From assembly GCF_001194135.2 (NCBI RefSeq), contig NC_068997.1, positions 47,237,367-47,301,366 on the forward strand: 64,000 nucleotides of DNA, read 5' to 3'. The position numbers were made by a program, and so were the translations under genes. This document shows, piece by piece, positions 63,897 to 64,000 of the stretch (positions are counted from its first letter, which is position 1; the number at the start of each line of letters is the position of its first letter). The DNA comes from Octopus bimaculoides. Its lineage: Eukaryota. The notes beneath the pieces were generated by a model that was given only the letters and a program-made list of their open reading frames with translations, made no database searches and was not told where the DNA came from.

Positions 63897-64000
63897 TACA
63901 GTAATCCCTCGCCATATCGCGGTTCACTTATCGCGCACTCAGTACATCCCGGATTCTTCTGGCTAATATATGTAAATCTATATCGCGGACCTCTCAGTAT
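63897..64000 (+). mobile_element. pogo/Tigger-like DNA element, left end (runs off the window)
   Basis: TA followed by CAGTAATCCCTCGCCATATCGCGG, a pogo/Tigger-type terminus with internal ATCGCG repeats. Confidence 0.6.

Noticed and set aside
1-64000. CRISPR arrays, rRNA or snRNA genes, prokaryotic operons
   Set aside because: No regular repeat-spacer array and no rRNA or snRNA signatures were seen. The sequence is clearly intron-containing animal DNA.

Overview
AT-rich, microsatellite-rich, gapped eukaryotic genomic DNA, most likely from an octopus (inferred from the mollusc-like cyclin B and the dense tRNA-derived SINE landscape). Fifteen N-gaps are present, and most long ORFs in the supplied track are gap or microsatellite artefacts. 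The one firmly supported protein-coding gene is a B-type mitotic cyclin on the minus strand: 8 coding exons, all phase-0 GT-AG introns, 28500 to 17502, 384 aa, with a D-box RSALNEIGN and cyclin box MRAILIDWL. It has a CCAAT/CCAAT/CHR-like promoter and a 3' region carrying Pumilio-, CPE- and AATAAA-type elements. One intron-containing tRNA-Ile(UAU) gene lies at 35113-35227 (-). The rest is a mosaic of SINEs, LINE remnants (R4/Dong-like, Tx1/L1-like ORF1, RTE, CR1-like), a Penelope GIY-YIG fragment, and mariner, hAT, pogo and piggyBac-type MITEs. The most notable unexplained structure is: minimal, apparently dimer-type hammerhead-ribozyme motifs in two Penelope-like repeat families; a Helitron2/Helentron-like element carrying telomeric TTAGGG repeats; a ~280-bp foldback; an 86-nt pre-miRNA-like hairpin; and a CpG-depleted domain over and beyond the cyclin B gene. 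All analysis was by eye and no database searches were run.
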